Assembly: GCA_002269645.1 (NCBI GenBank)
Contig: NIVC01003151.1
Coordinates: 34,468 to 98,467, forward strand
Direction of reading: 5' to 3'
DNA: 64,000 nucleotides
Source of the DNA: Macrostomum lignano
Taxonomy: Eukaryota
Part shown: in pieces, positions 25,565 through 36,138 of the stretch
Layout of the letters: every line of letters begins with the position of its first letter
Numbering within the stretch: position 1 is the first letter of the stretch
Program-made: the position numbers and the translations under genes
The notes under the pieces: generated by a model
Database searches by the model: none
The model's input: only the letters and a program-made list of their open reading frames with translations
Told to the model about the DNA's origin: nothing

Positions 25565-26490
25565 TTTGTGCCCTGAAGGTTGTAGGATCCGATCTGTGCC
25601 CTGAAGGTTGTAGGATCCAATCTGTGCCCTGAAGGCTATCATAGGATCCGATCTGCGCCTTGAAGGCTATTATATGATTTGATCTATGCCATGAAGGTTA
25701 TATGATTTCATCTGTGCCCTGAAGGTTATAGGAAGATTTCATCTGTGCCCTGAAGTTTATAGGAAGATTTGATCTGTGCCTGAAGTTTATAGGAAGATTT
25801 GATCTGTGCCCTGAAGGTTATAGGAAGATTTGATCTGTGCCCTGAAGGTTATACGAAGATTTGATCTGTGCCCTGAAGTTTATAGGAAGATTTGATCTGT
25901 GCCTGAAGTTTATAGGAAGATTTCATCTGTGCCCTGAAGGTTATAGGAAGATTTGATCTGTGCCCTGAAGGTTATAGGAAGATTTGATCTGTGCCCTGAA
26001 GGTTATAGGATTTCATCTGTGCCCTGAAGATTATAGGAAGATTTGATCTGTGCCCTGAAGGTTATAGGAAGATTTGATCTGTGCCTTGAAGGTTATAGGA
26101 AGATTTGATCTGTGCCCTGAAGGTTATAGGAAGATTTGATCTGTGCCCTGAAGGTTATAGGAAGATTTGATCTGTGCCCTGAAGGTTATAGGAAGATTTG
26201 ATCTGTGCCCTGAAGGTTATAGGAAGATTTGATCTGTGCCCTGAAGGTTATAGGAAGATTTGATCTGTGCCCTGAAGGTTATAGGAAGATTTGATCTGTG
26301 CCCTGAAGGTTATAGGAAGATTTGATCTGTGCCCTGAAGGTTATAGGAAGATTTGATCTGTGCCCTGAAGGTTATAGGAAGATTTGATCTGTGCCCTGAA
26401 GGTTATAGGAAGATTTGATCTGTGCCCTGAAGGTTATAGGAAGATTTGATCTGTGCCTTGAAGGTTATAGGAAGATTTGATCTGTGCCCT
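25565..26490 (+). repeat. 31-bp minisatellite upstream of PNKP ATG
   Basis: Tandem GATTTGATCTGTGCCCTGAAGGTTATAGGAA, highly homogeneous. Confidence 0.95.
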
Positions 26491-26605
26491 AAAAAAGTTT
26501 AGAAGATCTGTTAAGTCCAGGTCCTTGGAATGTGTCCTTTTTAAGTTATTTCATCAGTCCGCATAATTTCTTAAGTTTTCAACTTTCGTTTGTTTTCCTG
26601 CTGCC

Positions 26606-29600
26606 ATGCGCGCCAGTTTGGTTTGCCCTCGCACGGGCAGAACAGTTTGCACCATAGACAGCGGCGGCAGAGTTGTCATCGGCCGTCAGCCACAGTTCGA
26701 CATTCGAGACGCGGCCTGTTCTCGTCAGCAAGCCAGATTAGATTTGCAACAAACAGACAGCGGTAGCAGCGGTGACAGTGACTCATTGACAGTGACTTGT
26801 GTTGGAGCTGGTAGGTTGTATGTCAACTCTAACAGTGATGACAAAGGTGGTGATCAGCGTCAACTATTGACTATGGGCGAGTCGGCGAGATTAGCCAATG
26901 GCGACGCTTTGATACTTGGCAACGACTGTCTGCTGAAGGTGTTATTGGCACCTGAGGACTCGGAGCCGGTGGTAAAGAAGCGGAGACTCGAGCAATTGAA
27001 TGCGGGCGAGGGGGCCCAGCAAGATAGCGATGAAAATCCTAGTCAAGTTGATCTTCAATTGAACTTAATGCGCCAAGCAGCCGCTCGGTTCTCCAGCCAA
27101 TCAGATTGCGCAGCCAGCGCCAGCCAATTGGAAGCCTCCAACTCGGCCAGCCAATCAAATCCATCTGACTCTCCCAGCCAATTAAAGCCGACTCCAACTG
27201 GTTGGCGCGATTTCGGCGCAGTGCTTGTCTACACGACGCCCGGCTGTTTGCCCAGCCGCAAAATCGCCGGATTCGATATGGACGGCACGCTGATTACCAC
27301 GCAGTCTGGTCGAGTTTTTGCCAAAGATCTGGCGGATTGGAAAGTGATTTATCCCCAGGTGCCTGGCCGATTGAAATCTCTGGTCGCTGAGGGCTACAAA
27401 GTGGCACTGTTCTCTAATCAGAAAGGTGTCGAGGTTGGCAAAGTGAGAGTGGAGGATTTGAAAGTCAAAGTGAGTATATGTCCTACTATGCCAGTTTATT
27501 TCTTTGTTTTGAATAGCCAATGATGACTCAATTGCTACTCTTGATGTGTCTTATGATGAGAAGGTTTACCACCTTGTTTCTGTCTGAGGCTATGGAACTT
27601 TTCTTTTCTGTTTTCCTTATTAGATAGATAGGCCGGTATGATGACCCAATTGCTACTCTTGACCTGTTGGTATGATGAGCTGCATCTACCACCATTCACT
27701 GTGTCTGAGGCCCGGATTTATTGTACGTTCGTGCATCAGAATTTTACAAATTATTTAGTATTATAATACAAATTATTTTCTAACTTGCTTGCTAACACAC
27801 CAGCGTAATTCTTTTTTCGTCTCTTAAGTATCGCCCTTCACCGCCTTCCGAGAATCACCCTTCACCGCCTTCCGAGATCACCCTTCACCGCCTTTCAAGA
27901 ATCGCCTTCCGTGAATCGCCCTTCACCGCCTTTTGAAAATCGCCCTTCACCACCTTTTGACAAGCGCCCTTCACCGCCTTCTGAAAATCGCCCTTCACCG
28001 CCTTCCGAAAATCGCCCTTCACTGCCTTCCGTGAATCGCCCTTTACCGCCTTCCGAAAATCGCCCTTTACCGCCTTCCGAAAATCGCTCTTCACCGCCTT
28101 CCGAAAATCGCTCTTCACCGCCTTCCGAAAATCGCCCTTCACCGCCTTCTGAAAATCGCCCTTCACCACCTTTCGAGAATCGCCGTTCACTGTCTGCGTT
28201 TCTCATCTGTCTCAAAAAAATTATATTTATATGGCCCATATGATGACCTAATTGCTACTCTTGACCTGTCGGTATGATGAGCTGCATCTACCACCAGTCA
28301 CAATGTCTGAGGCCAGAATTTTGGGGCAAGATTTATTATAAATTCGATGAACTGTTTATTATGACTTTTAACTGTCCTTGCACTAATGCAAAGTTAATTG
28401 TTTTATATGTTTGTCTTATAAGGCCGATATGATGACCTAATTGCTACTCTTGACCTGTTGGTATGACGAGATGCATCTACCACCATTTTAATTGTCTAAG
28501 GCCTGGATTTATAGTGATGTTTGAACTGCAGCTATTATTGAAAAGTATTTTCATATCAGTTTTGAAATATAATCACGAGTCTTATTGAACTAAATCGCTT
28601 GATAACGAAACAGATTGAGAGAGTTTCCGCTCGCCTGGGCGCACCAATGCAAGTTTTTCTTAGCGTGCGCGGTCAACGATATCGCAAACCCTGCACTGGC
28701 ATGTGGCACCTACTGGAGCGAGATGAATTCAATGCGGGCCTCCGACCGGATCCGGCTGAGTCGTTTTACGTTGGAGACGCAGCTGGCAGACCAGCTGAGA
28801 CTGGTAAAGGTGAGATTTACTAGTACTGCATTTTTCTTTTTCTGTTACTTCTTTTTTCTCAGATTTCCCCGTATACCGTAGAACTTCCCCGTATGGGATT
28901 TCCCCGTATGTGAATTCCCCGTATGGGATTTCCCCGTATGTGAATTCCCCGTATGGGATTTTCCCGTATGGGATTTCCCCGTATGGGATTTCCCCGTATG
29001 TGAATTCCCCGTATGGGATTTCCCCGTATGGGATTTCCCCGTATGGGATTTCCCCGTATGTGAATTCCCCGTATGGGATTTCCCCGTATGGGATTTCCCC
29101 GTATGGGATTTCCCCGTATGGGATTTCCCCGTATGGGATTTCCCTGTATGGGATTTCCCTGTATGGGATTTCCCCGTATAGGATTTCCTCGTATGGGATT
29201 TCCCCGTGTAAAATTTCCCCTGGGATTTAAAAGTTGGTACACTTTAGTCATTAGACGTTTCTTAAAGTTTAATTAAAACGACGGCCAATATGATGACCTA
29301 ATTGCTACTCTTGACCGGCTGGTATGATGACACATCTACCACTATTTACTGTCTGAGGCCTGTTCTTACTATTTTTTAAATATATCTTTGTTCGGAGATG
29401 TGAGTAACACGTTAATTAAGGCCCATATGATGACCTAATTGCTACTCTTGACCATTTGGTATGATGATCTGCGTCTACCACCATTCACAGTGTCTGAGGC
29501 CTCAATTAAGTGTAGACCATTTCAGGATTCAGTCCGGATGTTTTAGGGGATTTTTCCTCTGGAATTGCTTCTAGTGAGAGTTTCCTAGTTTGTAAATACC

Positions 29601-31294
29601 TTAGAAATTTAGGTTTTTGGGGTTTCTTTGTCTTGTTTTTTCTCGCTTGGATTTCCCTGGCTTGGATTTCTTTTTTTAGATTTCCCTCCATACATGCGCA
29701 ACCTCCAAAATTTCGGTCGGCCGTGCGACTTAGTTTCAACAAAAATGCGACGTAGTTTTTGGCGAAAAATGCGACTTACATGTAAAAAACCCTAAAGCAA
29801 AATTAACGCAACTTTGGGTAAACGGCAGGAGTATTTATAACTGTCTTATTAAGCCAAAATGCCTCGTCAGCTACTTAGTTTACTACTTGGTTGTTTTTTC
29901 GGTGGGCATTTTTGCGACTTCCTTGGTTGGCCGCCAAATCGGTCGGCCGGATCGGCCGACTGTTGCGCATGTATGTTTCCCTCTTTGGATTCCAATGTCC
30001 TAGATTTCCCTCTCTAAATTTCCGTCTTGGATTTCCCTGTATTTGATTCCCCTGTCTTGGATTCCCCTGTCTTGGATTTCCCTGTACAGATGTGCATGAG
30101 AAAAATCCAATACAAACTGCCAGGTCGCACCGGCCGCAAAGCCGACTTCTCCTGCTCGGATCGGCTATTCGCTCTCAACTGCCGTATGAGCGCCTTCCAC
30201 ACGCCCGAAGAGTTTTTTCTGGACCATCGCCCCGTGCCGCTGGCCCAGTGCCGCATGCCGGAGTTCGATCCCACAGTTCTGCTTAATGCAAAAAATGCCC
30301 ACGCAGATTGCTCGCCTACAGACGAGTTGCGTCAGTTTTTGCTTGACGATTCTTCTAGTAGCAAGTCGGCTGCCCTGCTTGTGCTGCTCGTGGGCTACCC
30401 GGCCAGCGGCAAGTCCACTCTGTGCGCTCAAATCAGCCGCTTGCTGGCCGGCCAGGGCGCTGCGGGTCCAGCTGTCTGCGTTGTGAATCGGGACCGGCTG
30501 GGCACCTGGCAGAAGTGCGTGCAGTCTGCCGAAACTGCGCTCAAGTCTGCTTCTGGCAGAGCCATTGTGCTGGTGAGAGTTCATGGGGCTTGATAATTGG
30601 GGGTCAGTAGCCCAACAACAGGATCTGGGAGGCTGGCCCAGCAACTGGGGATCTGGGAGGCTGGCCCAGCAACTGAGGATCTGGGAGGCTGGCCCAGCAA
30701 CTGAGGATCTGGGAGGCTGGCGCAGCAACTGAGGATCTGGGAGGCTGGCCCAGCAACTGAGGATCTGGGAGGCTGGTTCAGCAACTGAGGATCTGGGAGG
30801 CTGGTCCAGCAACTGAGGATCTGGGAGGCTGGCCCAGCAACTGAGGATCTGGGAGGCTGGCCCAGCAACTGAGGATCTGGGAGGCTGGCCCAGCAACTGA
30901 GGATCTGGGAGTGCAGTCCCACGCCAACCCCAACCCGCAGGTGGACAACACCAGCGTGGACCAGGAGAGCCGGCAGCGCTATATCGAGTGCGCCCGCCGT
31001 TGCAAAGCCGGGGCCGCCTGCCTGGTGATGCAGTGCAGCCTGGCCCAGTGCCTGCACAACGAGCGGTACCGCCGCATTGTGGAAGAGGAGGCCGTGGACA
31101 ATCCAGCGGACGGGCCGCCCAGCAAGAAGCGACGCGAGCCGGTGAGCGAGATGGTGTTCAACCAGATGCGGGCCAAGTTCGTTGAGCCCAGCCTGTCCGA
31201 AGGATTTGATCGCATTTTGAAGGTGCCGTTTGTGCCGAGCTTTCAAGTGGATGAGCACAGGAGACTGTACTGTCAGTATCTGATGGAGAAATAG
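26606..31294 (+). CDS. PNKP: Bifunctional polynucleotide kinase 3'-phosphatase
   Basis: Exons 26606-27469, 28614-28809, 30124-30572, 30941-31294 (phases 0, 1, 0). FHA (IGR...CSR), HAD motif FDMDGTLI, SNQKG, RKPCTGMW, YVGDAAGRP, DFSCSDRLFA, Walker A GYPASGKST, VDNT. Confidence 0.94.
27513..27593 (+). ncRNA. SNORD76: Box C/D snoRNA, SNORD76(U76)-like, copy 1
   Basis: Terminal stem ATAGCC/GGCTAT, C box ATGATGA (27520), D' guide AATTGCTACTC-TTGA, C' ATGATGA, TACCACC element, D box CTGA (27584). Confidence 0.85.
27631..27712 (+). ncRNA. SNORD76: Box C/D snoRNA, SNORD76-like, copy 2
   Basis: GGCC/GGCC stem, C box at 27638, same guide, C', CTACCACCA, D box CTGA at 27705. Confidence 0.87.
27830..28190 (+). 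repeat. 24-bp minisatellite in PNKP intron 1, between snoRNA pairs
   Basis: Tandem AATCGCCCTTCACCGCCTTCCGAA. Confidence 0.93.
28232..28315 (+). ncRNA. SNORD76: Box C/D snoRNA, SNORD76-like, copy 3
   Basis: TGGCC/GGCCA stem, C box at 28240, guide TAATTGCTACTC-TTGA, C', CTACCACCA, D box CTGA at 28307. Confidence 0.87.
28421..28504 (+). ncRNA. SNORD76: Box C/D snoRNA, SNORD76-like, copy 4 (degenerate boxes)
   Basis: AGGCC/GGCCT stem, C box at 28429 and guide intact, but D box reads CTAA and C' reads ATGACGA. Confidence 0.7.
28860..29225 (+). repeat. 15-bp minisatellite in PNKP intron 2
   Basis: Tandem GGGATTTCCCCGTAT / GTGAATTCCCCGTAT. Confidence 0.95.
29283..29360 (+). ncRNA. SNORD76: Box C/D snoRNA, SNORD76-like, copy 5
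   Basis: GGCC/GGCC stem, C box at 29290, guide, C', CTACCAC, D box CTGA at 29353. Confidence 0.86.
29419..29502 (+). ncRNA. SNORD76: Box C/D snoRNA, SNORD76-like, copy 6
   Basis: AGGCC/GGCCT stem, C box at 29427, guide, C', CTACCACCA, D box CTGA at 29494. Confidence 0.87.
29689..29975. mobile_element. MITE with 14-bp TIRs and 8-bp TSD (hAT- or P-type)
   Basis: CATACATGCGCAAC ... GTTGCGCATGTATG, with TTTCCCTC on both sides (29681-29688, 29976-29983). Confidence 0.8.
30620..30910 (-). repeat. 28-bp dispersed minisatellite family, PNKP intron 3
   Basis: Reverse complement of CCCAGATCCTCAGTTGCTGGGCCAGCCT, about 10 copies. Confidence 0.95.
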
Positions 31295-31669
31295 CATACG
31301 CTTACCGTTGTTGCTATGGTTACCGATTGCAACGCCAATATTGCATCATTTTGCTTACAAAAGTACTGGTATTTGCAATCGAAATCGTAAAATGTATTTT
31401 TTTGATGAGTTTGCATCGATAGCTCTTTCAGTTTTGTAGGTTCACTATTATCATTTTTTATTCCTGTATGCATGCTAGCTATTGTCTCATAATTACCCAT
31501 TCGAAACATACATTTAATTTGCTTTATCATTTCATGACTCATGGCTTCATATTTTGGTGCCGGTTTATGACTTTATTGACGTTGGAGAGAGAAATTTGTG
31601 CATAAAAATTGACTTTTATATTCAAATAGTTCATTTTGACTGCTAGGCTGCTTTCATTTATTATCTACG

Positions 31670-32180
31670 CAATTCCCATGATCCCTGAGCCACCTGAGCA
31701 ATTCCCCATGATTCCTGAGCCACCTGAGCAATTCCCCATGATTCCTGAGCCACCTGAGCAATTCCCCATGATTCCTGAGCCACCTGAGCAACTCCCCATG
31801 ATCCCTGAGCCACCTGAGCAATTCCCCATGATCCCTGAGCCACCTGAGCAATTCCCCATGATTCCTGAGCCGCCTGAGCAATTCCCATGATCCCTGAGCC
31901 ACCTGAGCAATTCACCATGATCCCTGAGCCACCTGAGCAATTCCCCATGATCCCTGAGCCACCTGAGCAATTCACCATGATCCCTGAGCCACCTGAGCAA
32001 TTCACCATGATCCAGGAGCCACCTGAGCAATTCCCCATGATCCCTGAGCCACCTGAGCAATTCACCATGATCCCTGAGCCACCTGAGCAATTCACCATGA
32101 TCCCTGAGCCACCTGAGCAATTCCCCATGATGCCTGAGCCACCTGAGCAATTCCCCATGATCCCTGACCCACCTGAGAAA
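31670..32180 (+). repeat. 30-bp minisatellite upstream of ATP5S ATG
   Basis: Tandem ATGAT(C/T)CCTGAGCCACCTGAGCAATTC(C/A)CC. Confidence 0.95.
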
Positions 32181-32250
32181 TTCATCTTCACTTGTCGTTC
32201 ATTCCTCAAGTTTTATTACTTAGCAACGCATTAATAATTTCATTTCCTGC

Positions 32251-33085
32251 ATGCCTGCCATTTTTGCTTACAAACGCCAATTGCTGCTTCTAGCAGAAGC
32301 CGCAGCCGGTGCAGGTGACCGGCTTGGGCCGGGGCTGCTGCAGCAGAGCCGCGGCTACTTTGCTTGGCTGGTTGGCGTGTGGAATAAAGTGGACCGCGAT
32401 CGGATCAAACAGGTGTCTGTTAAAATGCCGCGTTTGGCGTCTCATCTCTTCTGTCTCCCTTTGTCAGACCACTCTAATTCCCCAGATCAGATCCCTCTAC
32501 TACCTCTCAGCCTAATTTCTAATCTTTAATCGATATATCCCATCAGTAATTGATCTCGAGTATTTAATCCTTAACCCTGATTTATAATAATTAATCTCCA
32601 AATCATTCATCTGTCCCCAGGTCGGCCCGGACCGCGCCTGCGCCGAATGGCTGCTCCGCAACGGCGCCTCAGTCGTGTGGGCCGACGATCGCGGCGCTAC
32701 GTCGGACTACAACCAGCTGGGCGGCGTGCCGCCCGACCAGCGCATCCAGGAGATCCTGGCCGACACGGCCTCGCTAAGCTCGGCCGGGTTTCCCCACCTG
32801 CTGGGCCTGAGCAGATTGAGTTCGATGCGGCTGAAGAACTGCCCCTACTTGGACGATTCCGCGTTCACCTACCTGGCTGATCACTGCCGGCTGGAGCGGC
32901 TGTTCGTTAGCCAGTGTCCTCAGGTGACCCCGAAGGGAGTGCTGGAGATGGCCCGCATCGAGGGCCTGAGGCACCTGCGGCTTGGCCAGATGGCCAGCCT
33001 GGGTGCCTCCGACTGGGCCCGGCTGAGCGAGCAGCTGGTCTCCAAGCTGCCGAAATGCCAGTTGGAGTTTGAGACTGGAGGCTAA
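32251..33085 (+). CDS. DMAC2L: ATP synthase subunit s / coupling factor B (ATP5S), about 208 aa
   Basis: Exons 32251-32412 and 32621-33085 (phase 0). SRGYFAWLVGVWNKVDRDRIKQV|GPDRACAEWLLRNGA and DYNQL match the ATP5S signature, with an LRR-like C-terminus. Confidence 0.88.
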
Positions 33086-33797
33086 GAGGCTGTTTTTAGG
33101 AAGAAACATTTGATTGAGGATTTGATATGAGCGTATCGTACCTATGTTTTCTGATTGAAGTGATCAATCAAATGTAATTATCTGCCGCCATTCATTATCC
33201 CAGTTCATAAAACACATGGGGTTCCATAAATCCTAAATCTTAAATCCCCAAATCATAAAACCACACAGGATTCCAAAAAATCCTCAAATCCTAAACCACA
33301 TGAAATCCAATAAAAATCCCCAAGTCAAAAGTCACATGAGATCCCATAAAAATCCCTAAATCATAGGTCACATGGCATCCCATAAAAATCCAAATCATAA
33401 ATCACATTTAATCTCAAAAAAATCCCTAAATCACAAATCACAGAGATCCCACAATAGTCACAAGTTGATCGCATTATTGCTTGCTTACTTCTTGGACAAT
33501 ATTTTTGCTTCCAATGTTCTTAAATTCGCCTCTAGCATTTATGCTTACGAGTATACATGTAAATTAATAGGATGCAGTTTTGAAGGCCATGGTGTAATGG
33601 TATTGATTATTCTATCTGGCAAATAAATCAATTTTGTAACAATTGTTGTGATGAATTTTGATCTCTTGAGTCATCGGCTATTGAGACGTATCGCACTATG
33701 CATTTTTCTATCTTTTTGGATTTATATAGGATGCTTAATATTTCTCACCTGTTCACTTTTCAATTTTACTATTAATAACTTTTTATGGCAAACTTCC

Positions 33798-34331
33798 ATG
33801 GCTCCCTCAGCTGCTTCGCCTGCCAGAGGCTGCCTTGGCCCCGTAATGAAAACACGCAGATCACGGGCTACTATGCATACTACCGGCTGTGGCAGTAGTA
33901 TGATCCGCGTCAGCGGTTTACCGCCAGGAGCAAGCGCGGCAGATCTGGAGCGGGCCTTCTCCAGATTCGGCCGCGTCCTGTCAGTCTGGTCGCCAACAGT
34001 CGCTGTCGTCATCGTTGAAATGTCCGATCATTGCGCCGCACTGGAAGCTGTCGATCGGCTGGACGATTCGCCTCTGTGCGGCGCTCGGGCTCGGCTCGAA
34101 CTCGCGGCTCATTGTCGCGGCCTGGTTGAGTCCTGCTACGATTGCGGCGCCGAAGGTCATTTTGCCTATGGCTGTCCCTGGGCGGGCGCGGCTGGCCCGG
34201 CTGTTGAGCAGTTGGCCACTGAGATGAGCAGGCAGCTGGTGCTGCACTCTGGTGCTGCCCCTGTGACTGCACGCTTAGCTAGTGGCTTCCAACAAGAACC
34301 ATATTGGAATGTGACAGGATGTAAAACATAA
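33798..34331 (+). CDS. Diverged RRM + CCHC zinc-knuckle protein lacking RS domain (SRSF7 paralog)
   Basis: Open single-exon ORF. LERAFSRFGRVLSVW and LDDSPLCGARARLE parallel SRSF7 exon 1 in this window ([29 protein letters not shown]). CYDCGAEGHFAYGC is intact. Confidence 0.7.
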   Translation: MAPSAASPARGCLGPVMKTRRSRATMHTTGCGSSMIRVSGLPPGASAADLERAFSRFGRVLSVWSPTVAVVIVEMSDHCAALEAVDRLDDSPLCGARARLELAAHCRGLVESCYDCGAEGHFAYGCPWAGAAGPAVEQLATEMSRQLVLHSGAAPVTARLASGFQQEPYWNVTGCKT

Positions 34332-34696
34332 AATAAATGTGTACTGGGCCAAATAAAAGTAAGCGATTTTATTTGATACTCTACAAACAGTAGAAATATA
34401 GGGAAAATACGTTAAATTATAAAAAATGATTTCAATAGCCACTTTGTCAACCACGATCTGTCAGTTCAGTTCATTATAATAATTAGGTTTTACGTCCTGT
34501 TGGCTGTTGCTACATTCCAGTGGTCCTTGGTAGGTTACTCACTCACTGAGTTAAATCAACTACTACTCAGTTCCAGCTCAGTAGTCAGAGGCACAGTTTT
34601 ACAGAGACCAAATAGTACATTTAGAGTCTACAACAAAATATTTTCTACTGTTCAATTTTTAAGCTAGATTTAGCGGTGTTCTTTTATTAATGGAAA

Positions 34697-34916
34697 GTCA
34701 CGTGACTGATTTGTTATCTGTGGCAAGAATAGCCAACACTGATGTAATATGTACATTGCAGCACTAGGCGGAGGTGCGAGAATGAGCAATGAAATTAAGG
34801 GGATGTGTGGGAGAAAACAGACAAAAAGCCAGCGAATAAGTAAGTCGAGTGTCTACTTTTTAAAAAAATTCATTTGATTCAGTTTTGTCACGTGATAGCG
34901 AAGCTTGATCACGTGC
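34697..34916. promoter_or_regulatory. Cluster of three CACGTG E-boxes, putative SRSF7 promoter
   Basis: GTCACGTGAC (34697), GTCACGTGAT (34887), ATCACGTGC (34908). Downstream there is a donor CAG|GTAATT at about 35110 and an acceptor CACGCAG at 36123, implying a 5' UTR intron. Confidence 0.4.
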
Positions 34917-35634
34917 TTCTCTTCGTTTATCTAGGACAAGAAAGTAGGAATTGTATTAGATTTCAAGTAAAATGCGGATTAGGTTTGATAAGGTTTTTTC
35001 GATACATATCGGCTATCCTAAACTGGTGTTTTTTAGCTTTAGTAATTTTGCTCACTGCTATTTGCTAGCCACAAAAAATTCCCCGGAACTTCGAACTGCG
35101 ACAAGCAGGTAATTATTACCCTATTAATCTGCGATGCATTTTACCCACGCTCTTATGGCATCATCCTCTCTTTAGTCGTGTTTTAAGGTAGAATTTTTAT
35201 TATCGTTAATGCGTAACTTTACTGGTTGGAGACTAGACCTGCTAATTGGATTTTGGCCTTTTGTGAAAACACTTGCTCGTATGTATGTCTGTGTGTACAA
35301 TTAGCCATAATCCTTATGAATTAAGAATTCAATATTTGTAGCGCTTTGCCAAATTCAAGTTTGATTTCAAGGATTAAAAGTTTCTGCTCGATCCTGCTTT
35401 CGAATGGCATTTCTAGGTAGCGTCCGCCCGTTTCTTATAAAGTTAATAAAAAAGTACGCCGTGACATCTGCTTTGATTTCGGTTGTTTGAGTTATTATTT
35501 ACACTTGCAATAGCCATACCCCAAGGGTGGCCTAAATAGTTATTAAATATTCTGAATAGTGTGACTGGTAATAAATGCTAGATAATAGCCTCCTTTTCTG
35601 GGGACATGATCTATGACCATTTCGGAGTCGGCCC

Positions 35635-36085
35635 ACAACCCATCCATGACCCTTCCCTCACCGGATCCATAACCCTTTCCCTCACCGGATCCATGACCCT
35701 TCCCTCACCGGATCCATGACCCTTCCCTCACCGGATCCATGACCATATCCTCGCCGGATCCATGACCCTTCCCTCACCGGATCCATGACCCTATCCTCAC
35801 CGTATCCATGACCCTTCCCTCACCGGATCCATGACCCTTCCCTTCCCGGATCTATGACCCTTCCCTCACCGGATCCATGACCCTGAACCTAGCCTCACCG
35901 GATCCATGACCCTTCCCTCACCGGATCCATGACCCTTCCCTCACCGGATCCATGACCCAACCCTCACCGGATCTATGACCCTATCCTCACCGGATCCATG
36001 ACCCTATCCTCACCGGATCCATGACCCTACCCTCACCGGATCTATGACCCTATCCTCACCGGATCCATGACCCTTTCCTCAGCGG
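35635..36085 (+). repeat. 23-bp minisatellite in putative SRSF7 5' UTR intron
   Basis: Tandem CCGGATCCATGACCCTTCCCTCA. Confidence 0.95.
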
Positions 36086-36138
36086 ATCCAATACCTTTTC
36101 CTCACGCATCGCCGCCCACGCAGAGCCGATCAGCCGCA

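Noticed and set aside
28804-28815. Tandem donors 6 nt apart at PNKP exon 2 (GTAAAG vs GTGAGA)
   Set aside because: Both keep frame and differ by two residues in a variable loop; cannot be resolved or shown to matter without reads.
27513-29502. CRISPR-like array (conserved repeats with variable spacers)
   Set aside because: Eukaryotic intronic context, no cas genes, irregular spacing, and the units have C/D box snoRNA anatomy.
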